Origin: Rhodoferax sp.
Lineage (GTDB): Bacteria; Pseudomonadota; Gammaproteobacteria; Burkholderiales; Burkholderiaceae_C
NCBI GenBank assembly: GCA_031411175.1
Contig: JANOAP010000081.1
Coordinates: 1-42,153 of the forward strand
Direction: 5' to 3'
DNA: 42,153 nt
Made by a program: the position numbers and the translations under genes. This document shows positions 16,138 to 25,164 of this stretch, piece by piece. The notes below the pieces were generated by a model. The model worked only from the letters and a program-made list of their open reading frames with translations, made no database searches and was not told the origin of the DNA. The first letter of the stretch is position 1; each line of letters starts with the position of its first letter.

Positions 16138-16179
16138 GAGATGGTAAATTGTTGAAAATTCTTGAAAGTACCTACCGAA

Positions 16180-16974
16180 ATGACCGACTCCACCGTTCTG
16201 TATTCCGACCTGGGCAGCGTTGCCGTTGTCACGCTCAACCGGCCTCAGGCCCTGAACAGCTTCACCCGCCAGATGCACCACGACTTATGGGCTGCACTGG
16301 ACCAGGCCGAGGCCAACCCGTTGATCCGTGGCCTGGTCATCACCGGTGCCGGGCGAGCCTTCTGCGCGGGCGCTGACCTGGCGGAGTTTGACTTCGCACC
16401 CGGCCCTAACCGAATCGCCCGTGCCGACCCGGGGCCAGTCATTGACCAGGCATTCAACCCCACTGCGCGCCGCCTTCAAAACCTGCGCATGCCCACGGTG
16501 GCCGCCGTGAATGGCGTGGCGGCAGGTGCAGGTGCCTCATTTGCGTTGGGGTGTGACATCGTGATTGCGGCGCCCACCGCCAGCTTTATTCAGGCGTTCA
16601 GCAAGATTGGGCTGATCCCCGATGCGGGCGGTACCTGGCTGATGACCGAGCGTCTCGGCCTGGCCCGTGCCATGGCTTTGTCCATGACGGGCGACAAGCT
16701 GGGCGCAGCGCAGGCCAAAGAGTGGGGAATGATCTGGGATGTTGCTGACGACTGCGTGGCAGCGGCGACGGGCATGGCCCAACGCCTGGCGACCATGCCC
16801 ACCAAAGCGCTGGTGGCAACGCGCCACATTTTGCAGGGCAGCACGACACGCACGTTTAACCAGCAGCTCGACGTAGAGCGGGACACCCAGTCGGCCATGG
16901 GCAAAACCCATGATTATTTTGAAGGTGTCGCTGCGTTTCTTGAAAAACGGGCACCCCAATTCAAAGGGGAGTGA
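16180..16974 (+). CDS. paaG: 1,2-epoxyphenylacetyl-CoA isomerase PaaG (crotonase family)
   Basis: Trimmed from the TTG at 16162 to the ATG at 16180 (MTDSTVLYSDLGSVAVVTLNRPQALNSF...TGAGRAFCAGADL). It is followed directly by paaI and paaK. Confidence 0.8.
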   Translation: MTDSTVLYSDLGSVAVVTLNRPQALNSFTRQMHHDLWAALDQAEANPLIRGLVITGAGRAFCAGADLAEFDFAPGPNRIARADPGPVIDQAFNPTARRLQNLRMPTVAAVNGVAAGAGASFALGCDIVIAAPTASFIQAFSKIGLIPDAGGTWLMTERLGLARAMALSMTGDKLGAAQAKEWGMIWDVADDCVAAATGMAQRLATMPTKALVATRHILQGSTTRTFNQQLDVERDTQSAMGKTHDYFEGVAAFLEKRAPQFKGE

Positions 16975-16977
16975 GGT

Positions 16978-17412
16978 ATGGATGCTTTGGCTCTGGCCCA
17001 AAAAGTGGGGCAAACCATGTTCGCCGCAGACATTGCCTCCAAAGACACCATGGGCATGGAACTGTTGGGTTGTGAGCCGGGCCGAGCCACCATGCGCATG
17101 ACGGTGCAGCCGCTGCACCTGAACGGCCACCAGATTTGCCACGGTGGTTTTATCTTCACGCTGGCCGATTCAACATTTGCGTTTGCCTGCAACAGCCATA
17201 ACAAAAGCGCCGTGGCAGCCGGGTGCAGCATTGAGTTTCTCAAGCCCGGGCAGTTGGGCGATGTGCTGACCTGTGAAGGCATTGAGCAAACCCTGCTAGG
17301 CCGGCATGGCATTTACGACATGCGGGTGATCAACCAGCGCGGCGAAGTCATTGCCATGTTTCGCGGCAAGAGTGCACAAATTCAGGGCAGCGTGATTCCG
17401 GAATCATCATGA
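16978..17412 (+). CDS. paaI: Hydroxyphenylacetyl-CoA thioesterase PaaI (hotdog fold)
   Basis: 144 aa. HLNGHQICHGGFIFTLADSTFAFACN is the typical PaaI pattern. It sits between paaG and paaK. Confidence 0.85.
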   Translation: MDALALAQKVGQTMFAADIASKDTMGMELLGCEPGRATMRMTVQPLHLNGHQICHGGFIFTLADSTFAFACNSHNKSAVAAGCSIEFLKPGQLGDVLTCEGIEQTLLGRHGIYDMRVINQRGEVIAMFRGKSAQIQGSVIPESS

Positions 17413-18722
17413 ACCCTATGGCGACCAAAAACTTCCCGCTGGACCCCATTGAAAAAGCCAGTGTCGATGAGCTGCGCGCCCTGCAGTTGAAGCGGCTCAA
17501 ATCAACGCTGCAGCACGCTTACGCCAATTCGCCGGTGTACCGAAAGAAATTTGATGCTGCAGGTGTGCATCCGGATGATTGCAATTCGCTGGCTGATCTG
17601 GCGAAATTTCCGTTCACCACCAAGAAATATTTGCGCGACAGCTACCCCTATGGCATGTTTGCCGTGCCGCGTGAACAATGCGCGCGCATTCACGCGTCCA
17701 GCGGCACCACGGGCAAGCCTACCGTGGTGGGCTACACCAAAAACGACATCGATATGTGGGCCAACATGGTGGCACGCAGCATTCGGGCAGGTGGGGCCAG
17801 ACCGGGCGATCTGGTGCATGTGTCTTATGGTTATGGTTTGTTTACCGGCGGGCTGGGCGCGCACTACGGGGCTGAAAAACTGGGTTTGACCGTCGTGCCG
17901 TTTGGCGGTGGCCAGACTGAGCGGCAAGTGCAGTTGATTGCGGATTTCAAGCCCGACATCATCATGGTCACGCCCAGCTACATGCTGGCCATTGCCGAGG
18001 AGTTTGAACGCCAGGGTTTGAACCCGGCGGAGTCTTCATTGCGCGTGGGTATTTTTGGCGCGGAACCGTGGACCAATGACATGCGGGTGAACATTGAGCA
18101 GCGCATGGCGATCGACGCGGTGGATATCTATGGGTTGAGCGAAGTCATTGGCCCCGGTGTGGCCAGCGAGTGCCTGGAAACCAAGGATGGCCCCACCCTC
18201 TGGGAAGATCATTTTTACCCTGAAATCATCGACGCCCAAACCGGTGAGCTGATGCCCGACGGTGAGATGGGCGAGCTGGTGTTTACCAGCCTCACCAAGG
18301 AGGCCTTGCCCATCATCCGCTACCGCACCCGCGATCTCACGCGGCTGTTGCCAGGCACAGCGCGTACCATGCGGCGAATGGAAAAAATCACTGGCCGCAG
18401 CGATGACATGATGATCGTGCGGGGTGTGAATGTTTTCCCCACGCAGATTGAAGAACTGATCTTGAAGCGTGCCGAACTTGCGCCGCATTACCAGTGCATC
18501 CTGCGCCGCGAAGGCGTGATGGATGGCCTGCTGGTACTGGTGGAAACGCGTGCTGGCGTCATGCCAGAGAGCCTGGAAGCGCGGGCTGCCGCTAGGCAGC
18601 TTCAACATGACATCAAGGCCTATGTGGGCACCAGTGTCGAGATTGAGCTGCGCGCCGCGGGCGGTGTTGAGCGCAGCGTGGGCAAGGCCAAGCGGGTTGT
18701 TGACCAGCGGGGCGGATGCTAA
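17409..18722 (+). CDS. paaK: Phenylacetate-CoA ligase PaaK
   Basis: 437 aa with an ATGA overlap with paaI. Has IHASSGTTGKPTVVGYT (AMP-binding P-loop), the PaaK-type N-terminus LDPIEKASVDELRALQLKRLK, and ITGRSDDMMIVRGVNVFP. Confidence 0.92.
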   Translation: MNPMATKNFPLDPIEKASVDELRALQLKRLKSTLQHAYANSPVYRKKFDAAGVHPDDCNSLADLAKFPFTTKKYLRDSYPYGMFAVPREQCARIHASSGTTGKPTVVGYTKNDIDMWANMVARSIRAGGARPGDLVHVSYGYGLFTGGLGAHYGAEKLGLTVVPFGGGQTERQVQLIADFKPDIIMVTPSYMLAIAEEFERQGLNPAESSLRVGIFGAEPWTNDMRVNIEQRMAIDAVDIYGLSEVIGPGVASECLETKDGPTLWEDHFYPEIIDAQTGELMPDGEMGELVFTSLTKEALPIIRYRTRDLTRLLPGTARTMRRMEKITGRSDDMMIVRGVNVFPTQIEELILKRAELAPHYQCILRREGVMDGLLVLVETRAGVMPESLEARAAARQLQHDIKAYVGTSVEIELRAAGGVERSVGKAKRVVDQRGGC

Positions 18723-20650
18723 CCGTCGATCCAGCCTGAGACCCATTTGGCGTCACGTATCGCGAGCCGCCAGGTTATCACCGCTTTGGGCAGGGTAAGG
18801 GGTAGCTTCAGAAGCCGTTTGTCGCGTGCGACCAGCGCCTGTAATTTTGAAGCCGTTCCGGCATAAAGCGGCAAGTCATCCAGTTTGTGGATTCGCCAGG
18901 CTGAGAGAGTTTTGGTTTTCCCCTTGCCCACTTCTTGCCCTTCTCGTGCTTCCACTTCAACGCCCAGCCATTCATCGCCCGCCATAAAGCCGGCTTGCTC
19001 TGCCGCTCCGCCGCGCAGCACAGCCTTGACTTGCACGGTGCCTCCCTCGGCCACCCTCAAACCCAGGGCCTGTGCCAATTGCGCCGCATCCTCATGCACA
19101 TTGACCCCGGCCGCATCCAGCAGGGTCTTCAGGGGCAATTCAGCCGTGCTGTGCACCCATGCGGCAAGCTCGGTGGCAAATGAACGCCCACCCAGGTCTT
19201 GCAATACAGCGGCCAGGTCGTCTTCACGCATGGGGCCGGCTTTGCAACGCTGCCAAAGCCCGCGCATGATCTCGTCCAGGGTGGTTTTGCCTTCGGCGCG
19301 CAGCGTGAGGTCCAGGCACAGCGCGACCAGCGCCCCCTTTGTGTAATAGCTGACAGTCGCGTTGGGTGTGTTTTCGTCCTGCCGGTAATACTTGACCCAG
19401 GCATCGAAGCTGGCCTGAGCGACCGACTGCACCTCGCGGCCCGGTGTTTGCAGAACCTGATTGATGGTTTTGTTGAGCAGCTTGAGGTAGGCCGCGTCGT
19501 CTATCAATTTGGCCCGGCGCAGCAGCAAGTCGTCGTAGTAGCTGGTGAATCCCTCAAAAAACCACAACAACGAGGTGTAGTTTTCGGCCGCGTAATCGTA
19601 TTGGGCGAATTCGATGGGGCGCAGGCGCTTGACGTTCCAGGTGTGAAAGTACTCATGGCTGATCAAGCCCAGCAGGGTGGTGTAACCCTCCGGTTGGCGT
19701 ACGGCGCGGCCCTCTGGCTGATCGGTGGGTGCCAAACGCGGCAGGTCTTTGCGGTTGCAGATCAACGTCGTGGAATTGCGGTGCTCCAGACCACCGTAGC
19801 CATCGTCCACTGCGTTGAGCATGAACACAAAACTCTTGTGCGGCGGCCTGTACGTTGATTTCTTCGCTGCCTTTTCTCCAGGCCCTGAGGTGTGCCAGAA
19901 GTTGATTTCAGCTTCGCAAATTTTTTGCGTATCGGCCAGTAGTTTGGCCCCGTCAAATGAGGGTGGCGCACCCGCCACGACAAAGCGGTGCGGCACGCCG
20001 CAAGCTGTAAAGGAGCCGCTCCAGAACGTGCCCATTTCTACCGGGCAATCGGCCAGCTCATCGTAATGGACGGCCAGATAGGTGCCAAAACCGTTCTTCG
20101 TTACCTTGATGGGCAAGAGGCCCGTGGCGACATTCCAGTGCCGGATGGATGGCGCGGCGACAAGTTCCAACAACTGTGGCGAGTCTGTTTGCCCTTCGAC
20201 CCGCAAACACAGGCTGGTGCCGTTGAAAAACCCGCGCGAGGCATCCAACCAGGCGGTGCGCACCGAGTTGTCAAACGCGCAGACTTCATAGGTCAGCACC
20301 AATGACCTGGCCGTGTCGCAAGGGACCTGCCAGGTGCACTTGTCAAGCTGCGTGACCGGTACGGCGCGTTTGGATTGATGGGCCTGCAGGCGTTGCAGGT
20401 TTTTGGAAAACTCGCGAACCAGGTAACTGCCTGGAATCCAAATGGGCAAACTGACCTGTTGACTGGGGGCCGGGCTTTTAACCGTCAGCGTGACCTTGAA
20501 CAGGTGGGCATGCAGGTCGGCGACTTCAACGCGAAAGTGAACGGCTGGATGAACGGCAGATGCCGCCGCCGCTTTAATTTTTGGCCTCTGCAAGGAATTT
20601 TTCAACCTGGGCAGACCCAATGGCACCTGGCACACGTGAACCGTCGGCAA
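18719..20650 (-). CDS. M61 family glycyl aminopeptidase with C-terminal PDZ domain; start codon uncertain
   Basis: Has the HEYFHTWNVKRLRP (HExxH) zinc motif and a PDZ-like LGLRVAEGGTVQVKAVLRGGAAEQAGFMAGDEWLGV. The ORF-track start at 20650 is a TTG overlapping the upstream dsbC-like gene by 77 nt. In-frame GTG/TTG alternatives lie at 20635, 20626, 20620, 20605 and 20593. Confidence 0.8.
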   Translation of the reverse strand: MPTVHVCQVPLGLPRLKNSLQRPKIKAAAASAVHPAVHFRVEVADLHAHLFKVTLTVKSPAPSQQVSLPIWIPGSYLVREFSKNLQRLQAHQSKRAVPVTQLDKCTWQVPCDTARSLVLTYEVCAFDNSVRTAWLDASRGFFNGTSLCLRVEGQTDSPQLLELVAAPSIRHWNVATGLLPIKVTKNGFGTYLAVHYDELADCPVEMGTFWSGSFTACGVPHRFVVAGAPPSFDGAKLLADTQKICEAEINFWHTSGPGEKAAKKSTYRPPHKSFVFMLNAVDDGYGGLEHRNSTTLICNRKDLPRLAPTDQPEGRAVRQPEGYTTLLGLISHEYFHTWNVKRLRPIEFAQYDYAAENYTSLLWFFEGFTSYYDDLLLRRAKLIDDAAYLKLLNKTINQVLQTPGREVQSVAQASFDAWVKYYRQDENTPNATVSYYTKGALVALCLDLTLRAEGKTTLDEIMRGLWQRCKAGPMREDDLAAVLQDLGGRSFATELAAWVHSTAELPLKTLLDAAGVNVHEDAAQLAQALGLRVAEGGTVQVKAVLRGGAAEQAGFMAGDEWLGVEVEAREGQEVGKGKTKTLSAWRIHKLDDLPLYAGTASKLQALVARDKRLLKLPLTLPKAVITWRLAIRDAKWVSGWIDG

Positions 20651-21293
20651 AAATCAGCGTGGGGGTGCCTGTGATTTTGTACTTGCGCCCCAGCTCCACG
20701 TTGCGCATCAGCGCAGACGCGTCGCAGCCGGTGGCCGCCGCCGCAGCAGCCTGGTCCCGCACCATCCAGTCTTGCCAGGCTTTGGCCCGGTCTTTGGCAC
20801 ACCAGAGGTTTCGTGATCTCTCGGCGGAGTCAGCCCCCAGAATGGGGTATAGAAACATGCTGATGGTCACGTTGTCCACTTTTTGCAAATCCTTCTCAAA
20901 ACGCTTGCAATAGCCGCAGTTGGGGTCTTCAAAGACAGCTAGCTTGCGCTTGCCGTTGCCGCGAACGATGGTGAATGAATCCTTCATGGGGAGTGCGTCA
21001 AATGCGATGGCGGTCAGCTTGTCCAGCCGCTCTTCGGTCAGATTGCGCTTTTGCTTAGTGTCGATCAGGCTGCCTTGAATCAGAAAATTGGCGTCCGCAT
21101 CGGTATAAAAAATTTCCGTGCCATTTACCCGAATCTCAAACAAACCTGGCATGGGGCTTTTGGTGATCTCGTCAATTTTGAGGAATTGCGGAATGCGTTC
21201 GACAAGATTCTTGCGGATCGATGCATCGTCCGCCAGGGCACCCATACTGATGCAGGCCATGGCTGTGGCCAAAAGTGTTTTGATCTTGTTCAT
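20574..21293 (-). CDS. DsbC/DsbG-family periplasmic thiol:disulfide interchange protein
   Basis: Second ATG (21293) chosen because GGAAG lies upstream of it. Signal peptide MNKIKTLLATAMACISMGALA. CGYC active site inside a thioredoxin fold (VFEDPNCGYCKRFE), with an N-terminal dimerisation domain. Confidence 0.85.
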   Translation of the reverse strand: MNKIKTLLATAMACISMGALADDASIRKNLVERIPQFLKIDEITKSPMPGLFEIRVNGTEIFYTDADANFLIQGSLIDTKQKRNLTEERLDKLTAIAFDALPMKDSFTIVRGNGKRKLAVFEDPNCGYCKRFEKDLQKVDNVTISMFLYPILGADSAERSRNLWCAKDRAKAWQDWMVRDQAAAAAATGCDASALMRNVELGRKYKITGTPTLIFADGSRVPGAIGSAQVEKFLAEAKN

Positions 21294-21352
21294 CTTGCTT
21301 GCTTCCATTCAATCATTTCTATGTCTCATCGCTCGCCAAATCGTGCAACGAG

Positions 21353-22471
21353 TCAGACGCCCATCGCCTGGCGGGTAACCCAGTGCTTCAAGGGGCCGCT
21401 GCGGTCAAAGCCCCGCATGCCCATGTTACGCAGAGTTTGCCAACCGCTGCCACTCTGGGTGAACAGTCGTTGCAACCCATCGGTCGCCGAGGCCAGCATG
21501 GCTGCCTCTGCTTTGCGTGCCCGTTCGTAGCGGCGCAGCAGTTTTTCATCAGCCACGCTGCGCCAGTAGTCGCGCTGGCTGATGAGCGTAGCCAACTCAG
21601 CAACATCCCCCAGCCCCAGGTTCAAGCCTTGGCCGCTGAGCGGATGCACGGTATGGGCTGCATCCCCCGCCAATGCCCATGCTGCACCATTGGTGACGCC
21701 CGCCCAGCGATCTGTGCGCGCCAGTTGAAGGGGCCACAGGGCGCGCTCACCCGTCAGCGTCAGCTTGCCCAGGGTTTCATGGCTTTCAGCCTGCACCACC
21801 TGCGCAAATTCGGCTTCACTCATTTCCATCAAGGCCTGTGCACGTGCATCTTCTACTGACACCACTATCGCAATGGAGTTCCCTTGCGACCCATTCAGCG
21901 GCAAAACGCCCAGGATGCCGTTTTTGGAAAACCATTGCCTGGCAGTTTGCTCATGCGGTTTCTCACATAGAAGCCGTGCTGCAATCGCGCGCTGGCTATA
22001 AGGTGTGACCTCAAACTCAACCCCAAATTCTGAGCGTGAACGGCTGGTTTTTCCCTCACAGACCACCGTCAGCGCTGCCGGTTGGGCGGCTTCCAGCAGC
22101 TCAATTTGGGGCTGAAAACGGGTGGCCTGTGCCAGTTGAGCCTCCAGCAAAGGCACGTCCACAATCCAGGCCAGCGCCTGTGCGCCCGTGTCAGAGGCAC
22201 TGAAGACGACTTCGCCGCCGTCATCACCCTGTACCCGCATCTTGAGCACCGGCGTTGCAGCGGTTTCATCGGGCCAGCACCGGACGGATTCAAGCAGTTG
22301 CCGGGATTTGACATTGAGCGCGTAGGCCCTCACGTCTGCTTTGGCTACGGTGCTTTGGGCGGGGTCTTGCGCGACCAAACCCACCCGAAGGCGCTCCTGG
22401 GCCAATAGCAGCGCCAGGGTGCGACCCGTGATGCCACCCCCGCGAATACACACGTCAAAAGGTCTTGCCAT
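21353..22471 (-). CDS. FAD-dependent monooxygenase, UbiH/UbiF/VisC/COQ6 family
   Basis: FAD-binding N-terminus DVCIRGGGITGRTLALLLA. Has WALAGDAAHTVHPLSGQGLNLGLGD (the DG/GD flavoprotein hydroxylase motif). 372 aa. Confidence 0.8.
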   Translation of the reverse strand: MARPFDVCIRGGGITGRTLALLLAQERLRVGLVAQDPAQSTVAKADVRAYALNVKSRQLLESVRCWPDETAATPVLKMRVQGDDGGEVVFSASDTGAQALAWIVDVPLLEAQLAQATRFQPQIELLEAAQPAALTVVCEGKTSRSRSEFGVEFEVTPYSQRAIAARLLCEKPHEQTARQWFSKNGILGVLPLNGSQGNSIAIVVSVEDARAQALMEMSEAEFAQVVQAESHETLGKLTLTGERALWPLQLARTDRWAGVTNGAAWALAGDAAHTVHPLSGQGLNLGLGDVAELATLISQRDYWRSVADEKLLRRYERARKAEAAMLASATDGLQRLFTQSGSGWQTLRNMGMRGFDRSGPLKHWVTRQAMGV

Positions 22472-22552
22472 CTATCGATTGTAGAAGGCAGGGCAAAATC
22501 CCTGTCTACCCGTTCGTTAGCCCGTTCGTCCGTTTTCGTGAAGGAACTTCTC

Positions 22553-23461
22553 ATGGACTCAGTCCAGTCAGCAGGTCGCAATGTCAGCGCCCGCATTGCC
22601 CGTCTTATTGTGTATCCGGTGAAATCATGCGCAGGGGTGGAGGTCAAGGAAGCCGTTTTGACAGAGACCGGTCTGGATCTGGACCGTGCCTGGATGGTGG
22701 TTGACGGGGATGGCCTCTTTGTCTCCCAGCGGGAGCAGCCCCGCATGGCATTGATCAAGCCGCACCTCAAGATGCATGAACTGGTGCTGCGCGCACCTGG
22801 CATGCTGGCGCTGCACGTGAACATTGACGCGGTAGAGCTGCCCGCTACCGTCAAGGTTTGGGATGATGTAGTGCCTGCGTTTGACATGGGGGCCATTGCG
22901 GCGCAATGGGTCACCGATTTTTTGTCGCTCACGGATGTTGGTCTGCCGGGGGCCAATGCCCACAAGTACCGCATGGTGCGGTTTGACCCGGATTTCAAGC
23001 GGCTCTCCAGCCTGAAATGGACCCAGGGGCTGGAAGCACTCAATCAGTTTTCAGATGGCTACCCGTTGCTGGTGACCAGTACCGCATCGCTGGACGGCCT
23101 GAACCAGCGATTACTGGCGGCGGGGAAGCCCGAAGTAGGTATTGAGCGGTTTCGGCCGAATATTGTGCTGTCGGGTGTAGAGGCCCATGACGAAGACCGT
23201 CTGCTGGATTTGCACGTGGAGGTGGATGGCGACGAAGCAGTGCTGAAGATGGTCAAACCCTGCGCGCGCTGCCCGATTCCCGATATCGATCCGGCCACAG
23301 CCATTTCCAGCAATGATGTCGGCGATGCTCTGCAAGGCTACCGGCAAAATGCATTGATGAACGGTGCCGTGACCTTTGGCATGAATGCGATTGTGATCAA
23401 AGGGGCCGATACAGTGTTACGCGTCGGGCAGACCGTGAGCGCGGACTTCGATTTCCGCTGA
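22553..23461 (+). CDS. MOSC domain protein (YcbX-like, N-terminal beta-barrel plus MOSC; no ferredoxin domain)
   Basis: GAAGGAA at 22540-22546 precedes the ATG at 22553; the ORF-track start at 22538 is a GTG. Has IARLIVYPVKSCAGV, RFRPNIVL and the conserved Cys context KPCARCPIPDIDP. Confidence 0.85.
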   Translation: MDSVQSAGRNVSARIARLIVYPVKSCAGVEVKEAVLTETGLDLDRAWMVVDGDGLFVSQREQPRMALIKPHLKMHELVLRAPGMLALHVNIDAVELPATVKVWDDVVPAFDMGAIAAQWVTDFLSLTDVGLPGANAHKYRMVRFDPDFKRLSSLKWTQGLEALNQFSDGYPLLVTSTASLDGLNQRLLAAGKPEVGIERFRPNIVLSGVEAHDEDRLLDLHVEVDGDEAVLKMVKPCARCPIPDIDPATAISSNDVGDALQGYRQNALMNGAVTFGMNAIVIKGADTVLRVGQTVSADFDFR

Positions 23462-23466
23462 AGCAT

Positions 23467-23496
23467 GCGAATAGAGGCGAATAGAGGCGAATTAAG
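23467..23496. repeat. Three tandem decamers (gcgaatagag x2, gcgaattaag) enclosed by a gcatgcg/cgcatgc inverted repeat
   Basis: Read directly: aaGCATGCGaatagag gcgaatagag gcgaattaag gCGCATGCctt, starting 3 nt after the MOSC stop codon. Confidence 0.7.
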
Positions 23497-23571
23497 GCGC
23501 ATGCCTTACACTTGGCGGCCTGATTTTCGGGTGGTTTTGTGTCGTTTCGTCGGCTGCTTTTGGGGTATTGC

Positions 23572-24663
23572 ATGAGTTTGAAGTGTGGAATTGTGGGTTT
23601 GCCAAATGTGGGTAAGTCCACCTTGTTCAATGCCTTGACCAAGGCCGGGATTGCCGCGGAAAATTATCCGTTTTGCACCATTGAGCCCAATGTAGGCATT
23701 GTGGAGCTGCCTGACTCACGCTTGCAGCAACTGGCGAACATCATCACGCCCGAGCGCATCGTGCCTGCGATTGTGGAATTCGTGGACATTGCGGGCCTGG
23801 TGGCGGGTGCCAGCACCGGTGAAGGCCTGGGCAACAAATTCCTGGCGCACATTCGCGAGACGGATGCCACCATCAATGTGGTGCGCTGCTTTGAAGACGA
23901 CAACGTCATTCACGTGGCGGGCAAGGTGGACCCTATTTCAGATATTGAAGTCATCCAGACCGAGCTGTGCCTGGCCGATCTGGCTGCCGTTGAGAAAGCC
24001 CTGCACCGGGTCACCAAGACAGCGCGTTCTGGCGACAAGGAGTCCGTGAAGCTGGTGGCGATTCTGGAGAAATGCCAGGCGGCCCTCAACGAGGCCAAGC
24101 CGGTACGCACGCTGGAGTTCAGCAAGGAAGAGCAACCGCTTCTGAAACAGTTTTTCCTGATCACGGCCAAACCCGCCATGTTTGTGGCCAATGTGGCCGA
24201 AGACGGCTTTGAAAACAACCCGTTTCTGGATCGCCTGAAAGCCTATGCCGCCGCGCAGAATGCGCCGGTGGTGGCCATCAGCGCCAAGATGGAAGCCGAA
24301 ATGGCAGAGATGGGCGACGAGGATCGCCAGATGTTCCTCGAAGAGTTGGGCCAGACCGAGCCCGGCCTGAACCGGCTCATTCGCGCGGCCTTCAAGCTGC
24401 TGGGTCTGCAAACCTATTTCACGGCCGGTGTAAAAGAAGTTCGTGCCTGGACGATTCACGTGGGTGATACGGGGCCGCAGGCGGCTGGCGTGATCCACAC
24501 GGATTTTGAGAAAGGCTACATCCGCGCCCAGACCATTGCCTTTGACGATTTCATTGCCTTCAAGGGCGAGCAGGGTGCCAAGGACGCCGGCAAGATGCGG
24601 GCAGAAGGCAAAGAGTACGTCGTCAAGGATGGCGACGTGATGAATTTCCTGTTCAGTTCTTAG
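23572..24663 (+). CDS. ychF: Ribosome-binding / redox-regulated ATPase YchF
   Basis: Trimmed to the ATG at 23572 ([23 protein letters not shown]...). This gives 363 aa, the same length as E. coli YchF. TGS-like C-terminus ...[13 protein letters not shown]. Confidence 0.95.
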   Translation: MSLKCGIVGLPNVGKSTLFNALTKAGIAAENYPFCTIEPNVGIVELPDSRLQQLANIITPERIVPAIVEFVDIAGLVAGASTGEGLGNKFLAHIRETDATINVVRCFEDDNVIHVAGKVDPISDIEVIQTELCLADLAAVEKALHRVTKTARSGDKESVKLVAILEKCQAALNEAKPVRTLEFSKEEQPLLKQFFLITAKPAMFVANVAEDGFENNPFLDRLKAYAAAQNAPVVAISAKMEAEMAEMGDEDRQMFLEELGQTEPGLNRLIRAAFKLLGLQTYFTAGVKEVRAWTIHVGDTGPQAAGVIHTDFEKGYIRAQTIAFDDFIAFKGEQGAKDAGKMRAEGKEYVVKDGDVMNFLFSS

Positions 24664-24681
24664 TGGGCGTCGTCTGCGTCG

Positions 24682-25164
24682 TCAAAACTTGAAGCCGCCC
24701 GGGAACACCCACAGCAGGGCGGAAGTCATCACCACATAGCGAGCGAATTTTCCAATGGCCATGTACAGCACACAGGGCCAGAATGACAGCTTCAGCCAGC
24801 CCGCTACCGCGCAGAGCGGGTCTCCCACGCCGGGCAACCACGACAACAGGCAGGCCTTGGGCCCAATCCGTTCCAGCCAGTCGAGCGCCCGCAGGTGCGT
24901 GGGAGAGTGGCGGTATTTGTCCACCACCCGGTGCGAACCCAAGCCCATGGCCCAGCTCACGGCACCGCCCAGCGTGTTGCCCGCCGTCGCGACCACAATG
25001 GTGGGCCAGAACAGGTCGGGGCGGAGTTTGATTAGGCCGAAAACAACAGGTTCAGAACCCAGTGGCAGCAAGGTTGCTGATATGAAAGAGACAACAAAGA
25101 CGGTGCTCAAGCCAAATTGAGGCAAGGCCAGCAGAGTGAGCAGTTGTTCTATCCAGGCTTCCAT
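24682..25164 (-). CDS. YqaA/DedA-related small inner-membrane protein
   Basis: Trimmed to the ATG at 25162-25164 (MEAWIEQLLTLLALPQFGLSTVFVVSFISATLLPLGSEPVVFGLI...). About four hydrophobic helices. 160 aa. Confidence 0.7.
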   Translation of the reverse strand: MEAWIEQLLTLLALPQFGLSTVFVVSFISATLLPLGSEPVVFGLIKLRPDLFWPTIVVATAGNTLGGAVSWAMGLGSHRVVDKYRHSPTHLRALDWLERIGPKACLLSWLPGVGDPLCAVAGWLKLSFWPCVLYMAIGKFARYVVMTSALLWVFPGGFKF

